In this document: piece by piece, positions 25,337 through 37,660 of the stretch
How the letters are laid out: the number at the start of each line of letters is the position of its first letter
Position numbering within the stretch: the stretch's first letter is position 1
Source: Scyliorhinus canicula
Taxonomy: Eukaryota
Length of the DNA stretch: 64,000 bases
Direction: 5' to 3'
Assembly: GCF_902713615.1 (NCBI RefSeq)
Contig: NW_024055453.1
Location: forward strand, 1-64,000
Translations under genes and position numbers: made by a program
The notes under the pieces: model-generated
Database searches by the model: none
Told to the model about the DNA's origin: nothing
The model's input: the letters and a program-made list of their open reading frames with translations, nothing else

Positions 25337-26725
25337 ATCCAGGGAATTATAGACCTGTGAGCTTGACGTCAGTGGTAGGCAAACTGTTGGAGAAGATACT
25401 GAGGGATAGGATCTATTCACATCTGGAAGAAAATAGACTTATCAGTGATAGGCAGCATGGTTTTGTGCAGGGAAGGTCATGTCTTACAAACCTAATAGAA
25501 TTCTTTGAGGAAGTGACAAAGTTAATTGATGAGGGAAGGGCTGTAGATGTCGTATACATGGACTTTAGTAAGGCGTTTAATAAGGTTTCTCACGGCAGAT
25601 TGATGGAAAAAGTGAAGTCGTATGGGGTTCAGGGTGTACTAGCTAGATGGATAAAGAACTGGCAACAGGAGACAGAGAGTAATGGTGGAAGGGGGTGTCT
25701 CAAAATGGAGAAGGGTGACTAGTGGTGTTCCACAGGGATCCGTGCTCGGACCACTGTTGTTTGTGATCTACATAAATGACCTGGAGGAAGGTATAGGTGG
25801 TCTGATTACCAAGTTTGCAGATGATACTAAGATTGGTGGAGTTGCAGATAGCGAGGAGGACTGTCAGAGAATACAACAAAATATAGATAGATTGGAGAGT
25901 TGGGCAGAGAAATGGCAGATGGAGTTCAATCCAGGCAAATGCGAGGTGATGCATTTTGGAAGATCAAATTCAAGAGCGGACTATATGGTCAATGGAAGGG
26001 TCTTGGGGAAAATTGATGTGCAGAGAGATCTGGGAGTTCAGGTCCATTGTTCCCTGAAGGTGGCAACGCAGGTTGATAGAGTGGTCAAGAAGGCATACAG
26101 CATACTTGCCTTCATCGGACGGGATATTGAGTACAAGAGTTGGCAGGTCATGTTACAGTTGTATAGGACTTTGGTTCGGCCACATTTGGAATACTGCATG
26201 CAGTTCTGGTCGCCACATTACCAGAAGGATGTGGATGCTGTGGAGAGGGTGCAGAGGAGGTTCACCAGGATGTTGCCTGGTATGGAGGGTGCTAGCTATG
26301 AAGAAAGGTTGAGTAGATTAGGATTGTTTTCGTTGGAAAGACGGTGGCTGAGGGGGGACCTGATTGAAGTCTACAAAATTATGAGAGGTATGGACAGGGT
26401 GGATAGCAACAAGCTTTTCCCAAGAGTGGGGGTGTCAGTTACAAGGGGTCACGATTTCAAAGTGAGAGGGGGAAAGTTTAAGGGAGATGTGCGTGGAAAG
26501 TTTTTTACGCAGAGGGTGGTGGGTGCCTGGAACGCTTTACCAGTGGAGGTGGTAGAGGCGGGCACGATAGCATCATTTAAGAAGCATCCAGACCGGTATA
26601 TGAATGGGCGGGAACAGAGGGAAGTAGACCTTGGAAAATATGAGACCAGTTTAGATAAAGGATCTGGATTGGTGCAGGCTGGGAGGGCCGAAGGGCCTCT
26701 TCCTGTGCTGTAATTTTCTTTGTTC
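25337..26725 (+). mobile_element. CR1 LINE, 5'-truncated (RT domain to 3' tail), one frameshift
   Basis: NYRPVSLTSVVGK, QHGF, DFSKAF, GVPQGSVLGP, KFADDTK; tail gggccgaagggcct. Confidence 0.95.
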
Positions 26726-26759
26726 TTTGTTTCCAGTTCTTTTCTATCCTTCTGGATGG

Positions 26760-29700
26760 AAAGTACGGGTTGTGCTTCCTGCAGGAAACCCATTCCGGAT
26801 GACGAAGCTCAGTGGGCCCTGGAGTGGCAAGGAAGAGTCTTCATGAGTCACCTGGCCCCACGTTCGGGCGGGGTGGCTATCTTGTTGGCTCCACATTTTC
26901 AGCCGGAGATCTTGGGGGTCAAGGAGCCAGTGCCAGGCCGTCTGCTGCACCTGAAGGTCCGTGACAGGGCCGTGCTGATCCACTTTATAAACGTGTACGC
27001 TCCGGCAGAAGGACCGCAGCAGGCGACTTTCTTTCAATAAGTGTCCATTCTTTTTGCCACCATCCCGGTGGGCGAGTGCATTGTCCTCGGAGGAGATTTT
27101 AATTGCACCCTCCAGGACAAGGACCGTGGTGGAGTCCAGCGCAGCTCGCCGGCGGTGGTGAAGTTGAGGGACCTGGTTTGGTCCTTTGACTTGGTGGACG
27201 TCTGGCGGACTCTCCATCCTGAATTGCGGGCGTACACTTATGTGCGGCCTCCGTTCAGAGCGTCCAGGTGCCGTGCTCGGATCACCACCTGGTGTGGGCG
27301 GGGTTCGCCCCGTCCCACGCTCAGACACGGTCCGCGCACTGGCACTTTAACAACCTGCTGCTGGAGGACGAGCGGTTCCTGGACTCGTTCCACTGTTTCT
27401 GGGCCGGCTGGAGAAGGAAGCGGGGTGGCTTCCCCTCCTTGAGGCTATGGTGGGACGTGGGCAAGACTCACGTCCGCGCCTTGTGTCAGGATACACGAAG
27501 GGGTCTACGGCGAGGCGGAACTCCAGGATCACCAAATTGGCTGAGGAACTCCTCGATCTGGAGTCACGTCTTACTCAGCCCGATGAGGACCCGGCCCTGG
27601 GGCTGGTGTACAGAGAGAAGAGGGGCCACTGCGGGACCTGCAACCTGCCGGGTCCCGGGGCGCGTAGGTGAGGTTGCGGATCCGTGTCCTGATGGATATG
27701 GACCGCGGCTCCCACTTCTTCTACTCGCTGGAAAGGTGACGCGGGGCCCTTCGGCAGATATCTATGCTGCTGGCCGACGACGCGTCCTTCGTCTCGGATC
27801 CGGAGGGGGTCAGGACCCTGATTAGGGATTTTTATTCCAACCTCTTCTCTCCGGATCCGTCCAGGTGGACGCTTGCAGAGTTCTGTGGGAGGACCTGCCG
27901 CAGGTCAGCCCGGAGGGCGCCGGGAAGCTCTATGATCCCATCAACCTCCAGGAGCTGACCGGCGCCCTGGACAGTCTGTCACGGGGGGAAACCCCAGGGC
28001 TGGACGGGCTGACCATGGAGTTCTTCAGGGCATTCTGTGATGTCCTGGGGAGCGACAACGCGGGGGTCCTGGGGGAATGTATGTGACCCGGGAGATGCCC
28101 CTTTCGTGGCGCAGGGCCGTCATTGCCCTGCTGCCCAAGAAGGGGGATCTCCGCCAAATTAAGAACTGGCGACCGGTCTCCCTCCTCAGCACGGACTACA
28201 AAATCTTTGCCAAGGTGCTGTCTTTACGCCTTGGCCCCGTGCTGGACCACATGATCCACCCTGACCAGTCCTACACAGTCCCAGACCGCACAATATTTGA
28301 TAACATCCACCTGGTCCGGGACATTATTCATTTCTCCCAGAGGACTGGTATGTCGGGCGCCTTCTTATCTCTTGAGCAGGAGAAGGTGTTCGACAGGGTG
28401 GGGCACGGGTATTTGCTCGGGACTCTGCGAGATTTCGGGTTCGGGATGCATTTTGTCGCCCGTATCCGATTACTGTACGCCGCCTTGGAGTGTCTGATTA
28501 AGGTTAACGGGTCCCTGATGGAGCCCCTTCGCTTTGGGAGAGGAGTGTGTCAGGGCTGCCCCCTGTCCGGCCAACTTTATTCTCTGTTTGGAGTCTTTCC
28601 TGTGCCTCCTGCAGAGGAGGTTAACGGGGCTGGTTCTGCGCGAGCCGGACGTGGAGGTGGTCCTCTCAGCTTACGCTGATGACGTGCTTCTCATGTTCAC
28701 TGACCCCGGTGACCTGCGGAGGATGCGAGAGTGCCAGGCTGTGTACTCCTCCGCGTCTTCTGCACGTATCAACTGGGCTAAATGTTCTGGACTCCTGGTC
28801 GGTCCGTGGCAGATGGACCCCCTCCCAGAGGAGCTCAGGCCCTTCAATTAGAGTCGGACCAATATCCTGTACTTGGGAGTCCATCTTTGCCCGGCAGAGG
28901 AAGCCTGGCTGGTGAACTGGCAGGAGCTGGAGACCAAGGTTACCGCTTGCCTGGGATGCTGGACAGGACGGCTCCGAGTGCTGTCAATACAGGGGTCGAG
29001 TTCTCGTCATAAACCAGCTGATTGACTCCATGTTGTGGTACCCGCTGGTCACTTTGACCCCTCCCCCTGATTTTGTCACACGCATCCAGAGAACCCTGCT
29101 TTGATTCTTCTGGGACAAATGATTGCACTGGGTCGCTGGGGAGGTGTTGATTCTCCCGATTGCTGATGGCGGACAGGCGCTGGTGTGCCTTCGCACCCAG
29201 ATTGCGACTTTCCCCCTTCAGACTCTGCAGTGATACCTGTACGTCGAGCCTCCTCCACGATGGTGTGCCCTGGGGACGTATTTCTTCTGCCTGGTGCACG
29301 GCCTGAACTATGACGTGCAGCTCCTGTTTGTTGACCAGCAGGGTCTTCGGAACTCTATGTTGGCGCTGCCCGTCTTGTACCAGGACCTCCTCAAAGTCTG
29401 GAACATGGTCGCCACGCACCGCAGCTCTCCCCTGTCAGGAGTACTGGCCCTCGCGAGGGAGCCGCTGCTCAGGAATCCGCACCTCCGCCAATTTCCATTC
29501 CGGTGGCTGGCGGAGCGGAGGGCTGTGGATGCCGGGGTGACCAGGATTGGGGACGCGCTGGGCGGCGGAGGGGCGGACTGGCTGACACCCCACGAGCTAG
29601 CCGAGTGCGGGGCAGTGTCTGTCCGGCACACGGCCAATGCCATCCAAGGCCTCAAAATGGCTGTGCTCAGTCCCGCGGGCATACTGGAGTTAGAGACGGT

Positions 29701-30610
29701 GTGGTTGTGCGGTGGCATCCCGTCTGAGCGGACCCCTGCTCGGACAGAATTTCACATTGGTCCCAGGCCCCTGCGCACCCGCTGGGCGCCGGCACCCCAC
29801 AGCCCCAGCCACCTCATGGAAATACCCTCCGTGGCATTTCGCACTGAGCGGAGGGGTTTCCTGTACGGCCTGCTGTTGCACACCTTCCACCTCCTTCCCC
29901 TTGCCCGCCGTCCGGAGACGCCTTTGGTGTGCCTCATTGCCGTCTGGCGGCGGAGGTCCCTGCTGGGGTCCCTCTATAGAGGCATCCTCCCCATAAAACT
30001 TGGGGACCTGGGGTGGAGGGTGTTGCAAATGGCAGTGCCGTACAACTATCGGATTCACCACTTCGCGGCTATGCCCGAGACCTGCTCCTTTTGCGGCTTG
30101 GTGGAGACCGTGGAGCACGTTTATGTTGTCTGTCCCAGGCTGCACTCCCTCTTTGATTTCTTGACAACGTTGTTGTTGAGGTTTTATTTGCACCTCAGCC
30201 CCACGCTCCTGATCTATGGACATCCGGTGCGGCGAGGGGCGGGGAAGGCGGAGGACGTCCTTGTGAACCTGCTCCTGGGCCTGGCCAAACTAGCCATTTA
30301 TCGGTCCAGGCAGCGGGCGTGCGAGGGGGTCGTCCGGCCCGACTGTCTGCCCCTCTTCCGCGGCCGGCTGTCCCTGGAGAGGGAGCATGCGGTGTCCACG
30401 GGCACACTGGAAGATTCCCGTGCTCGGTGGGCGCCGCAGGGGTTGGATTGCTTTATCGACCCCGGTTTTCACATTTTAATTTGACGGGTTTTAGATAAGT
30501 TTCTGTTCCCTTTCTTGTTCCATTTGGGTTGTGCTCCACTCGTTGTTTTAGCAGCACTCCCTTCTTTTGTTTTATCCATTATTTACTTTATTTTCTTTTG
30601 CTTAGTTCTT
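26760..30610 (+). mobile_element. Tx1-clade (L1 superfamily) non-LTR retrotransposon ORF2, nearly complete but decayed
   Basis: Endonuclease (FLQETH, NVYAP, GGDFNC, SDH), RT (KNWRPVSLL, QGCPLSG, AYADD), CCHC knuckle (CSFCG...ETVEH...C), T-rich 3' UTR. Confidence 0.9.
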
Positions 30611-30764
30611 TTCACACCCAGCATCATGCTAAGGCAGATGCTGGCTTAATCCTGCATATGAACATAAATGTGCAGGTCTCAAAACTGACAAAAAAAACCG
30701 AACATCAACTAAATTAGTGAAGCCCCAAAACAGCTTCAGTGAAACCTCCCAGCCGAGCCCAGCA

Positions 30765-31270
30765 TCGGCACTGCGCATGCTTCAGCCCACAATGCCCAGG
30801 GAGTGGTTGACGGCAGCTCTTGTCCAATAGGAAGAGAGGGGCTGGACTGGAAGATCGAACGGAGTGGCTTATCCTCCAACCAATCGGAGTGAATGAGGGG
30901 CGGAGCTGGGCACCGGTTTTCCCACGTGATTGGAGCATGCGCAGTGCCGATGACAGTTGACGATTCAGGCAGTAGGATTGAAATACTCCGCTGGTCATAT
31001 CCCGCCCGCTGAGGTATGAGGGAGGGGTGAAGCCGGTGGATGGGTCGGGAGGTTTCATAAACAGTCTGTGTGGGCCCCAATCCCCGAATACGAAGCTCGG
31101 ATACGACAGTTGAACCGGCGAACGCGGCTCGGGCTTTTCCCCGAGACAGGCCCCGATGGCTGGGCGCATGCGTAGGGAGCGAGAGGCCTGGCTTTGCTCC
31201 GCCTCCCATTCACTCTGATTGGCTGGAGGACCAGCCATTATCGGTCAGTCCTCCAGCCCCGCCCCCTGGG
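30765..31270. promoter_or_regulatory. CpG-rich promoter with two oppositely oriented copies of the ZNF promoter module
   Basis: CCAAT/GC-box/GCATGCGCAGT module on + (30820-30950) and on - (31160-31265). Confidence 0.6.
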
Positions 31271-31304
31271 CTGGAGCAAACCTTTCAGAATCATCCCACA
31301 GACA

Positions 31305-31480
31305 GAAATCTTCCAACACCAGGTTAAAGGTTTGTTTCAAATCAATGACACTGCTCCTTCCTCAGGTGAATAAAGAGGTATATTCTATAAACATATATAT
31401 AGACAAAGTCAAAGATGCAAGACAAGGCTTTGAATGTGAGCATTTGCAGGTAATTAAGTCTTTACAGATCCAGAGCGGAT
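31305..31480 (-). mobile_element. Penelope-type terminal repeat fragment
   Basis: caacaccaggttaaag...gctccttcctcaggtgaa, same family as 41590, 45805 and 54572. Confidence 0.65.
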
Positions 31481-32158
31481 ATATCCTTGTTTGCGGACTA
31501 TTGGAATAAATTTACGTTTCTATAAAACCTTGCACTGCCACTGGACCTCCTGAAGTCTTTTAAAGACAATGGAGTACTTTTGAAACGTATTCACTGTTGT
31601 AATATAAGATGCTGTAAGTATGCATGTTGGATTGGATTTGTTTATTGTCACGTGTACTGAGGTACAGTGAAAAGTATTTTTCTGCGAGCAGCTCAACAGA
31701 TCATTAAGTACATGGGAAGAAAAGGGAATAAAAGAAAATACATAAGAGGACAACACAAGGTATACAATGTAACTACATAAACACCGGCATCGTATGAAGC
31801 ATACATGGTGTTGTGTTAATGAGGTCAGTCCATAAGAGTGTCATTTAGGAGTCTGGTAACAGGCCCGGGTTACCGGCCGCCATCTTTACAGAGGACAAGG
31901 TGCTGCAGGATGCATGTGCTGCGAGCCTGGACCGGATGCCGACTCTCCAGGATTGACTGACTGGAGTCTCCAGGATTTTATTTTATTCGGAGTCACTGGC
32001 TGGGCCAACATTTATTGCGCATCCCTGATTTTCCTTGAACTGAGTGGTTTTCTAGACCTCTCGGAGGGCATTTAAAGAGTCAACCTCATTGCTGTGGTTT
32101 GGAATCGTGTCGGCTAGACCAGGTAAGGATGGAAATTTTGTTTTCCATTCATTCACGG

Positions 32159-32890
32159 CAGTGTTCTTCAAACTTTTATTCCGGGGATCCATTTTTACCA
32201 ACTGGCCAACCTTCGGGCCCCAACCCAACCGATATTCGCGCTGCACACCAGCCGGCCTTCGTGACGCACGCCGGCCGACCTGCACGACCCACCATTTTCT
32301 CTTACCTTGTTTGCTGCTGACAAAAATGGAGGAAATAGTTTTGGGTCCCTTTGGCCCTCTTACACGTTCCTCCAATGGAACCTGTTGGATGAAGGTGAAG
32401 CCTTCCGGTGTCGGAAAATATGGAGTCTCCATCTGTCCAAACTTCTGCATGTTTTTTCTGTAAATTTTTACCAAATAAATCCCCCCTGAACTTGTTTTTA
32501 AAAAATGAAATGAATAAAAACCACTCCAGAACTTGTAAAAGAAAAAGTTGCAACTGTTTAAAAAAAAATAGAGGCAGCACTGCGCATGCATGCCCGTTTA
32601 TCGGCAAGCATGCGTATTCTGCGAGCATGTAAAAACATCGGCCGCATTGCGCATGCACGCACGATGATCAGGCACGCATGTGCAATGCAGCCGATTTTTT
32701 TTTTTACATGTTCGCAGAATATGCATGCGCGCCGGTCATCGTGCGTGCATGCGCAGTGCACCAACTTTTTTTAAAGGTTTGCGGTCCCTTGCAGCCGGCA
32801 TTATTCAAAGCCGGCTGCTGCACAGGAATTTGAGCGATCGGGAGCGTCGCGGTCAACGGCTACATGACCCTTCCGACATACGCCCGTCGT
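32159..32890. mobile_element. Probable non-autonomous hAT-like DNA transposon with internal palindrome
   Basis: Begins CAGTGTTCTTCAAAC (hAT/Charlie-like terminus); matching right TIR not found; ~185-bp imperfect palindrome at 32577-32760. Confidence 0.45.
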
Positions 32891-33119
32891 TTGGCTGACA
32901 GTCAATCACTGTCCTGTAAGGTAATGAGTCCTTTTGCTTCCCATTTGGCCGAGGAAGGCAGTGTGTCACAAGGATGGATGTGTTGACCGATTAAAGGCTG
33001 GAGGATGGGGGCAGGTCATATGATCAAATCTCCAGGAATACATTTGATCAAAGTTGGTGAGGAGAGAATGTTATGAATTTCTATCCTAAACTGACAGTGA
33101 GGTTTCTGCAAATTTACAG

Positions 33120-33310
33120 GATAATGGAAGTGGAGTTTGAACAGACGGGAAACGCAAACCAAATGTCACATCGCAATCTGACAGAGTCACTCGATTCATC
33201 AGAACCTGAATATCAGCAGCATCTGGGTGTGGAAGGTAAAAGGTTTGTCTGTTCTGTCTGTGTGGGAAGATTTCAGGTCTCAGTGTGACTGGAAAAGCCC
33301 CGAGATTCAC
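33120..33310 (+). pseudogene. ZNF leader exon copy truncated by CR1
   Basis: IMEVEFEQTGNANQMSHRNLTESLDSSEPEYQQHLGVEGKRFVCSVCVGRFQVSV*LEK. Confidence 0.7.
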
Positions 33311-33669
33311 AAATCCTGGTTAGGCCAAATCTAGAGAACTGTGTTCAGTTCTGGGCAACAAACCTGAGGAAGGATAGAATGGTCTCGGAGGGAGTGAGCA
33401 CAGATTTACCTGAGTGATATCTGAACCCCCGGGGTTATATTAGACATGATGGCACAGAGAATGGCATTTGGCCCATTGAATCCATGCTAGCTCTTTGGAG
33501 CAATCCCGTGAGTCCCATTCTCCTGCTCTATCCCTGTTTTCTTTTGAAATCAAATGATTCATTGTGTCTATTTTCAAACTCCCTCATAGGCAGCAAGTTT
33601 CAGGTAATTGCCGCTCGCTGTGTAAAAACATATCTCATATCACCTCATATCTCCTGTACCTTTTACATA

Positions 33670-34250
33670 CAAACTAGGATCAGGCCATTCGGCCCCTCGA
33701 GACTGCTCAGCATTCAAAAATATTGTGGCTGATCTCATTCTAACCTCAACTCCATATTCCTGCCTACCCCTGATAACCTTTCACCCCCTTGCTCATCACG
33801 CTCTGCCTTAAAACTATTCAAGGACTCTGCATCCGCTGCCTTTTAAGGACGCGAGTTCGAAAGTCTTATAACCCTCAAGAGAATAAAAAATCCTAATTTC
33901 CATTTTAAATGGGCGACTCCTTATTTTGCCACAGTGACCCCCGTGTCCCAGATTCTCCCACAAGAGGAAACATCCTCTCCACATCCACCCTGTCAAAACC
34001 CTTCAGGGTCTTATATTGTTCAATCCAGGTTTTACCCAAAACTTTAAATTTGTGTCCGGGCTGCTTGTACGATCAGTGAATGGAAACAGAGTTTCTTTGT
34101 CCACCCGATGGAAATCTGGCATAATCTTGTGTCCCTGAATCAAATCTCCCCTCAACCTCCTTTGCTGGAACCATTCTGGTAAATCTCCTCTGCACCTTCT
34201 CCAAGAACCTTCACATCCTTCCTGAAGAGTGGTGACCAGAGCTTTATAAA
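33670..34250 (-). mobile_element. CR1 3' fragments
   Basis: QRRLRGDLIQ.HKIM..FHRVD and CR1 tail. Confidence 0.75.
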
Positions 34251-34257
34251 GATTCAT

Positions 34258-34607
34258 AGAATAGAATTAGAACGATAGAATTCCAACAGTGCAGAAGGAG
34301 GCCATACGGCCCATCGGGTCTACACCGATTCTCTGAAAGGGCACCCTGCCTCGGCCCACACCCCTCCCCTGTTCCTGCCACCCCATAGCCCCACCTAACC
34401 TGCACATCCCTGGACACTAAGGGGCAATTTATCAAGGACAATCCACCTAACTTTCCCTTCTTTGGACTGTGGGAGGAAACCTGAGCACCGGGTGGACACC
34501 CACGCAGACACGGGGTGAAAGTGCAAACTCCACACAGTCACCAAGGCCAGAATTGAACCCGGGTCCCTGGCGCTGCGAGACAGCAGTGCTAATCACTGTG
34601 CCACCAG
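34258..34607 (-). mobile_element. V-SINE with CR1-type tail
   Basis: Reverse-complement V-SINE. Confidence 0.85.
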
Positions 34608-35007
34608 AAGCATAGTTTCAGTATCAATATTACTCTTGATGAAGCTCAGATCGAATTTGCTTTGCCAAATACTCTGTTAATATGTCTTGTAGATATACAA
34701 AATCCACCTTCGCCTCTTTCTCTCTCCTCCCAAAGAGGCCAGTGGGTTTTATAACAGTCCAGCCGTTTTCATGGTCATTTTTTCCCAGAGCTGCCCCCAC
34801 AAGTGACCAGATGCATTCAGCTCAATTTCATAACCTGCCTTTGTGTTTTTGTGGGGTCTCTCTCATTCCCTATTTTCTGTTTTTAAATCAGTTTCACAGG
34901 GTGTTCGAAGGCGAGGATTCAAAGTCCGGAAACTCAAACCAAACATCACATCAGGATCTGACAGAGTCCTCAATTTATCATATCCTGAATATCAGCGGAT
35001 TTTGAAC

Positions 35008-36210
35008 ATGGAAGGAAAAAGCATTGTTCACAGTGGGGTGAAACCGTACATGATTTGTTTGTGTGGACGAGGATTCGCTCTATCAGACCTCACAAGCCAC
35101 AAATGCAGTCACACCGAGGAGAAACCGTGGAAATGTGCGGACTGTGGGAAAGGATTCACTTCCCCCTCCAAGCTGGAAACTCATCAACGCAGTCACACTG
35201 GGGAGAGACCCTTCACCTGCTCCAAGTGTGGGAAGGGATTCACTCAGTCATCCACTTTGTCCACACACCAGCGAGTTCACACTGGGGAGAGACCATTCAC
35301 CTGCTCCAAATGTGGGAAGGGATTTTCTTTTTCAACCCACCTGCTGAGTCACCAGCGAGTTCACACTGATGAGAGACCGTTTCATTGTCCAGACTGCGGG
35401 ATGTGCTATAAAAGTTCTGGGGAACTGATTCGCCATCAACGTGTTCACACTGACGAGAGACCGTTTACGTGCTCTTACTGCGGGACTGGGTTCAGACAAT
35501 CATCTGACCTCACTGTACATCAGCGAAGTCACACTGGGGAGAGGCCATTTACCTGCTCAGAGTGCGGGAAGAAATTCACTCGATCATCTGACCTGCAGAG
35601 GCACCAGCGTATTCACACTGGGGAGAGGCCATTCAGCTGCTCCAAGTGTGAGAAAAGATTCTTGCGATCATCTGACCTGGAGAAGCACCAACAAATTCAC
35701 TCTGCGGAGAGAACATTCAGCTGCTCCAAGTGTGGGGAAGGATTCACCCAGTCATCCGACCTGCTAAGTCACCAGCGAATTCACACTGTTGAGAGACCGT
35801 TTAAATGTCCAGACTGCGGGAAGAGCTATAAGAGTTCTGGGGAACTGATGCATCATCAACATGTTCACACCGATGAGAGACTGTTTAGGTGCTCTCATTG
35901 TGGGACTGGTTTCAGGCGATCATCTCACCTCACTGTACATCAACGAATTCACACTGGGGAGAGACCATTCACCTGCTCCTGGTGTGGGAAGGGATTCACT
36001 CAGTCCTTCAACCTGCAGAAGCACCAGCGAATTCACACTGGGGAGAGGCCATTCACCTGCTCCCAGTGTGGGAAGCGATTCACTGAGTCATCTGCTCTGC
36101 AGAAGCACCAGCGAGTTCACACTGGGGAGAGACCGTTCACCTGCTCCAATTGTGGGAAGGGATTCGGCACTTCATCCCACCTCCTGAGACACCAACAGTG
36201 CCACAAATAA
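35008..36210 (+). CDS. Intact tandem C2H2 zinc-finger protein (MEGKS type; 13 canonical fingers plus 1 degenerate; ~400 aa)
   Basis: Uninterrupted ORF 34843-36210; first ATG after the acceptor (tttcacag, ~34899) is at 35008. Confidence 0.9.
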   Translation: MEGKSIVHSGVKPYMICLCGRGFALSDLTSHKCSHTEEKPWKCADCGKGFTSPSKLETHQRSHTGERPFTCSKCGKGFTQSSTLSTHQRVHTGERPFTCSKCGKGFSFSTHLLSHQRVHTDERPFHCPDCGMCYKSSGELIRHQRVHTDERPFTCSYCGTGFRQSSDLTVHQRSHTGERPFTCSECGKKFTRSSDLQRHQRIHTGERPFSCSKCEKRFLRSSDLEKHQQIHSAERTFSCSKCGEGFTQSSDLLSHQRIHTVERPFKCPDCGKSYKSSGELMHHQHVHTDERLFRCSHCGTGFRRSSHLTVHQRIHTGERPFTCSWCGKGFTQSFNLQKHQRIHTGERPFTCSQCGKRFTESSALQKHQRVHTGERPFTCSNCGKGFGTSSHLLRHQQCHK

Positions 36211-36419
36211 CTGCAGTAATTGAATTTTGCTGTTACTCACATTCAGGACTGAACCATGTTCATTTGGGTCTCTTTCTGCTCATTTACAGGGGCTAATATT
36301 CTGGCTAAAAGTCAAAAAAATTAAATTTGTGTTAAATGCGCACTGTTGAAACTTTTTAATATCTCTGACACAAGTCTGTTCCTTTTGAAGTACTCTCGCT
36401 CTCCCCTGTCTCTTCCATC

Positions 36420-36945
36420 CTCACCCCCAACATGAAGTGTGAGGAGCTTGTGGAGCTTCTTTGTGACTGAGATTGAGTCAATCCGATCAGCTGCCTCTGC
36501 TGCTTCCCTCCCTTCCACATGCCCACCGGACCAAACTGTCTCTAAATTTCATCCTTTCCCGAGCCCTGAACCCACATCTTTCTCTAGTTTCTCTCCCATC
36601 TCCTCTCATGCCCTCTCAGAGCTCATCTTGTCCATGAGACCCAGCTCCTGCTCCATCGACCCTATTCCCACTGAGCTACTGATCAGCCAACTACCCTGTG
36701 TCCACGGATATTGTCAACATTTCTCTCTCTTCAGGTACTGTCCCTCTGTCCTTCAAATCTGCCATCATCACCCCCTCCTCAATAAAACAAACCCTTGACC
36801 CTGCCATCCTTACAAATTACTGCCCCATCTTCAACCTCCCTCTCCTCTCCAAACGCTTTGAATATGTTGTCACCTCCCAAATCCTTGCCCATCTTTCCCA
36901 GAACTCCCATGTTTGAATCCCTTCAATCAGGTTTCTGCCCTGTCA
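36420..36945 (+). mobile_element. L2-type LINE ORF2 fragment
   Basis: SCSIDPIPTELL, IVNISLSSGTVPLSFKSAIITP, NY.PI.NLP.LSK, ESLQSGF. Confidence 0.8.
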
Positions 36946-36979
36946 CAGTGAAATACAAGAGACAAACAGAATCTTACCC

Positions 36980-37320
36980 AGAGAGAAAGACAGACAATTT
37001 GGGAACTTAGATCCAACACAGAAATGTTAATAAGACCAGAAGACAAGGGTAGCAGCACAGTCATTATCGAGAGACAACAATACCTGCTGGAGACGGACAG
37101 ACAACTAAACAACACAAATCACAACACCAAGCTCCCTCGATCAATCTACCCGAGACAGGAAGGAGAATTGGAGACAGACTGGAAGAACTCAAATATTCCA
37201 GACACATTAACCAAAAACAACAGCTGGAACCAAGGGAGTTGTACCGGCTCCCTAAAATACCCAAACACATGGACAGGACCAGGGAAATACCACCAGACAG
37301 ACCCATTGGATCAGAGTGAC
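36980..37320 (+). mobile_element. Degenerate Penelope-like RT fragment
   Basis: LIRPEDKGSSTVII..QQYL.E.DRQL (IKPADKG motif). Confidence 0.6.
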
Positions 37321-37337
37321 TGAGAAATCCTGCAGAT

Positions 37338-37660
37338 TCATAGAATTTACAGTGCAGATGGAGGCCATTCGGCCCATCGAGCCTGCACCAGCCCTCGGAA
37401 AGAGCACCCTACTTAAGCTCATGACTCCAGCCTATCCCATAACCCAGTAACTCCACCTAACCTTTTTTGGGCACTGAGGGGCAATTTAGCATAGCCAATC
37501 CACCAAACCTACACAGCTTTGAGCGGTGGGAGAAAACTGGAGCACCTGGAGGGAACCCACGCACACATGCGGGGAATGTGCAAACTCCACACGGTTACCC
37601 TGGAATTGAACCCAGGTCGCTGGAGCTGTGAGGAAGCAGTGCTAACCACCGTGCCACCAT
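37338..37660 (-). mobile_element. V-SINE with CR1-type tail
   Basis: Reverse-complement V-SINE. Confidence 0.8.

Noticed and set aside
34843-35007. N-terminal extension of the 455-aa ORF as a novel domain
   Set aside because: Starts at a non-ATG codon in the polypyrimidine tract upstream of the acceptor; paralogues do not keep this frame
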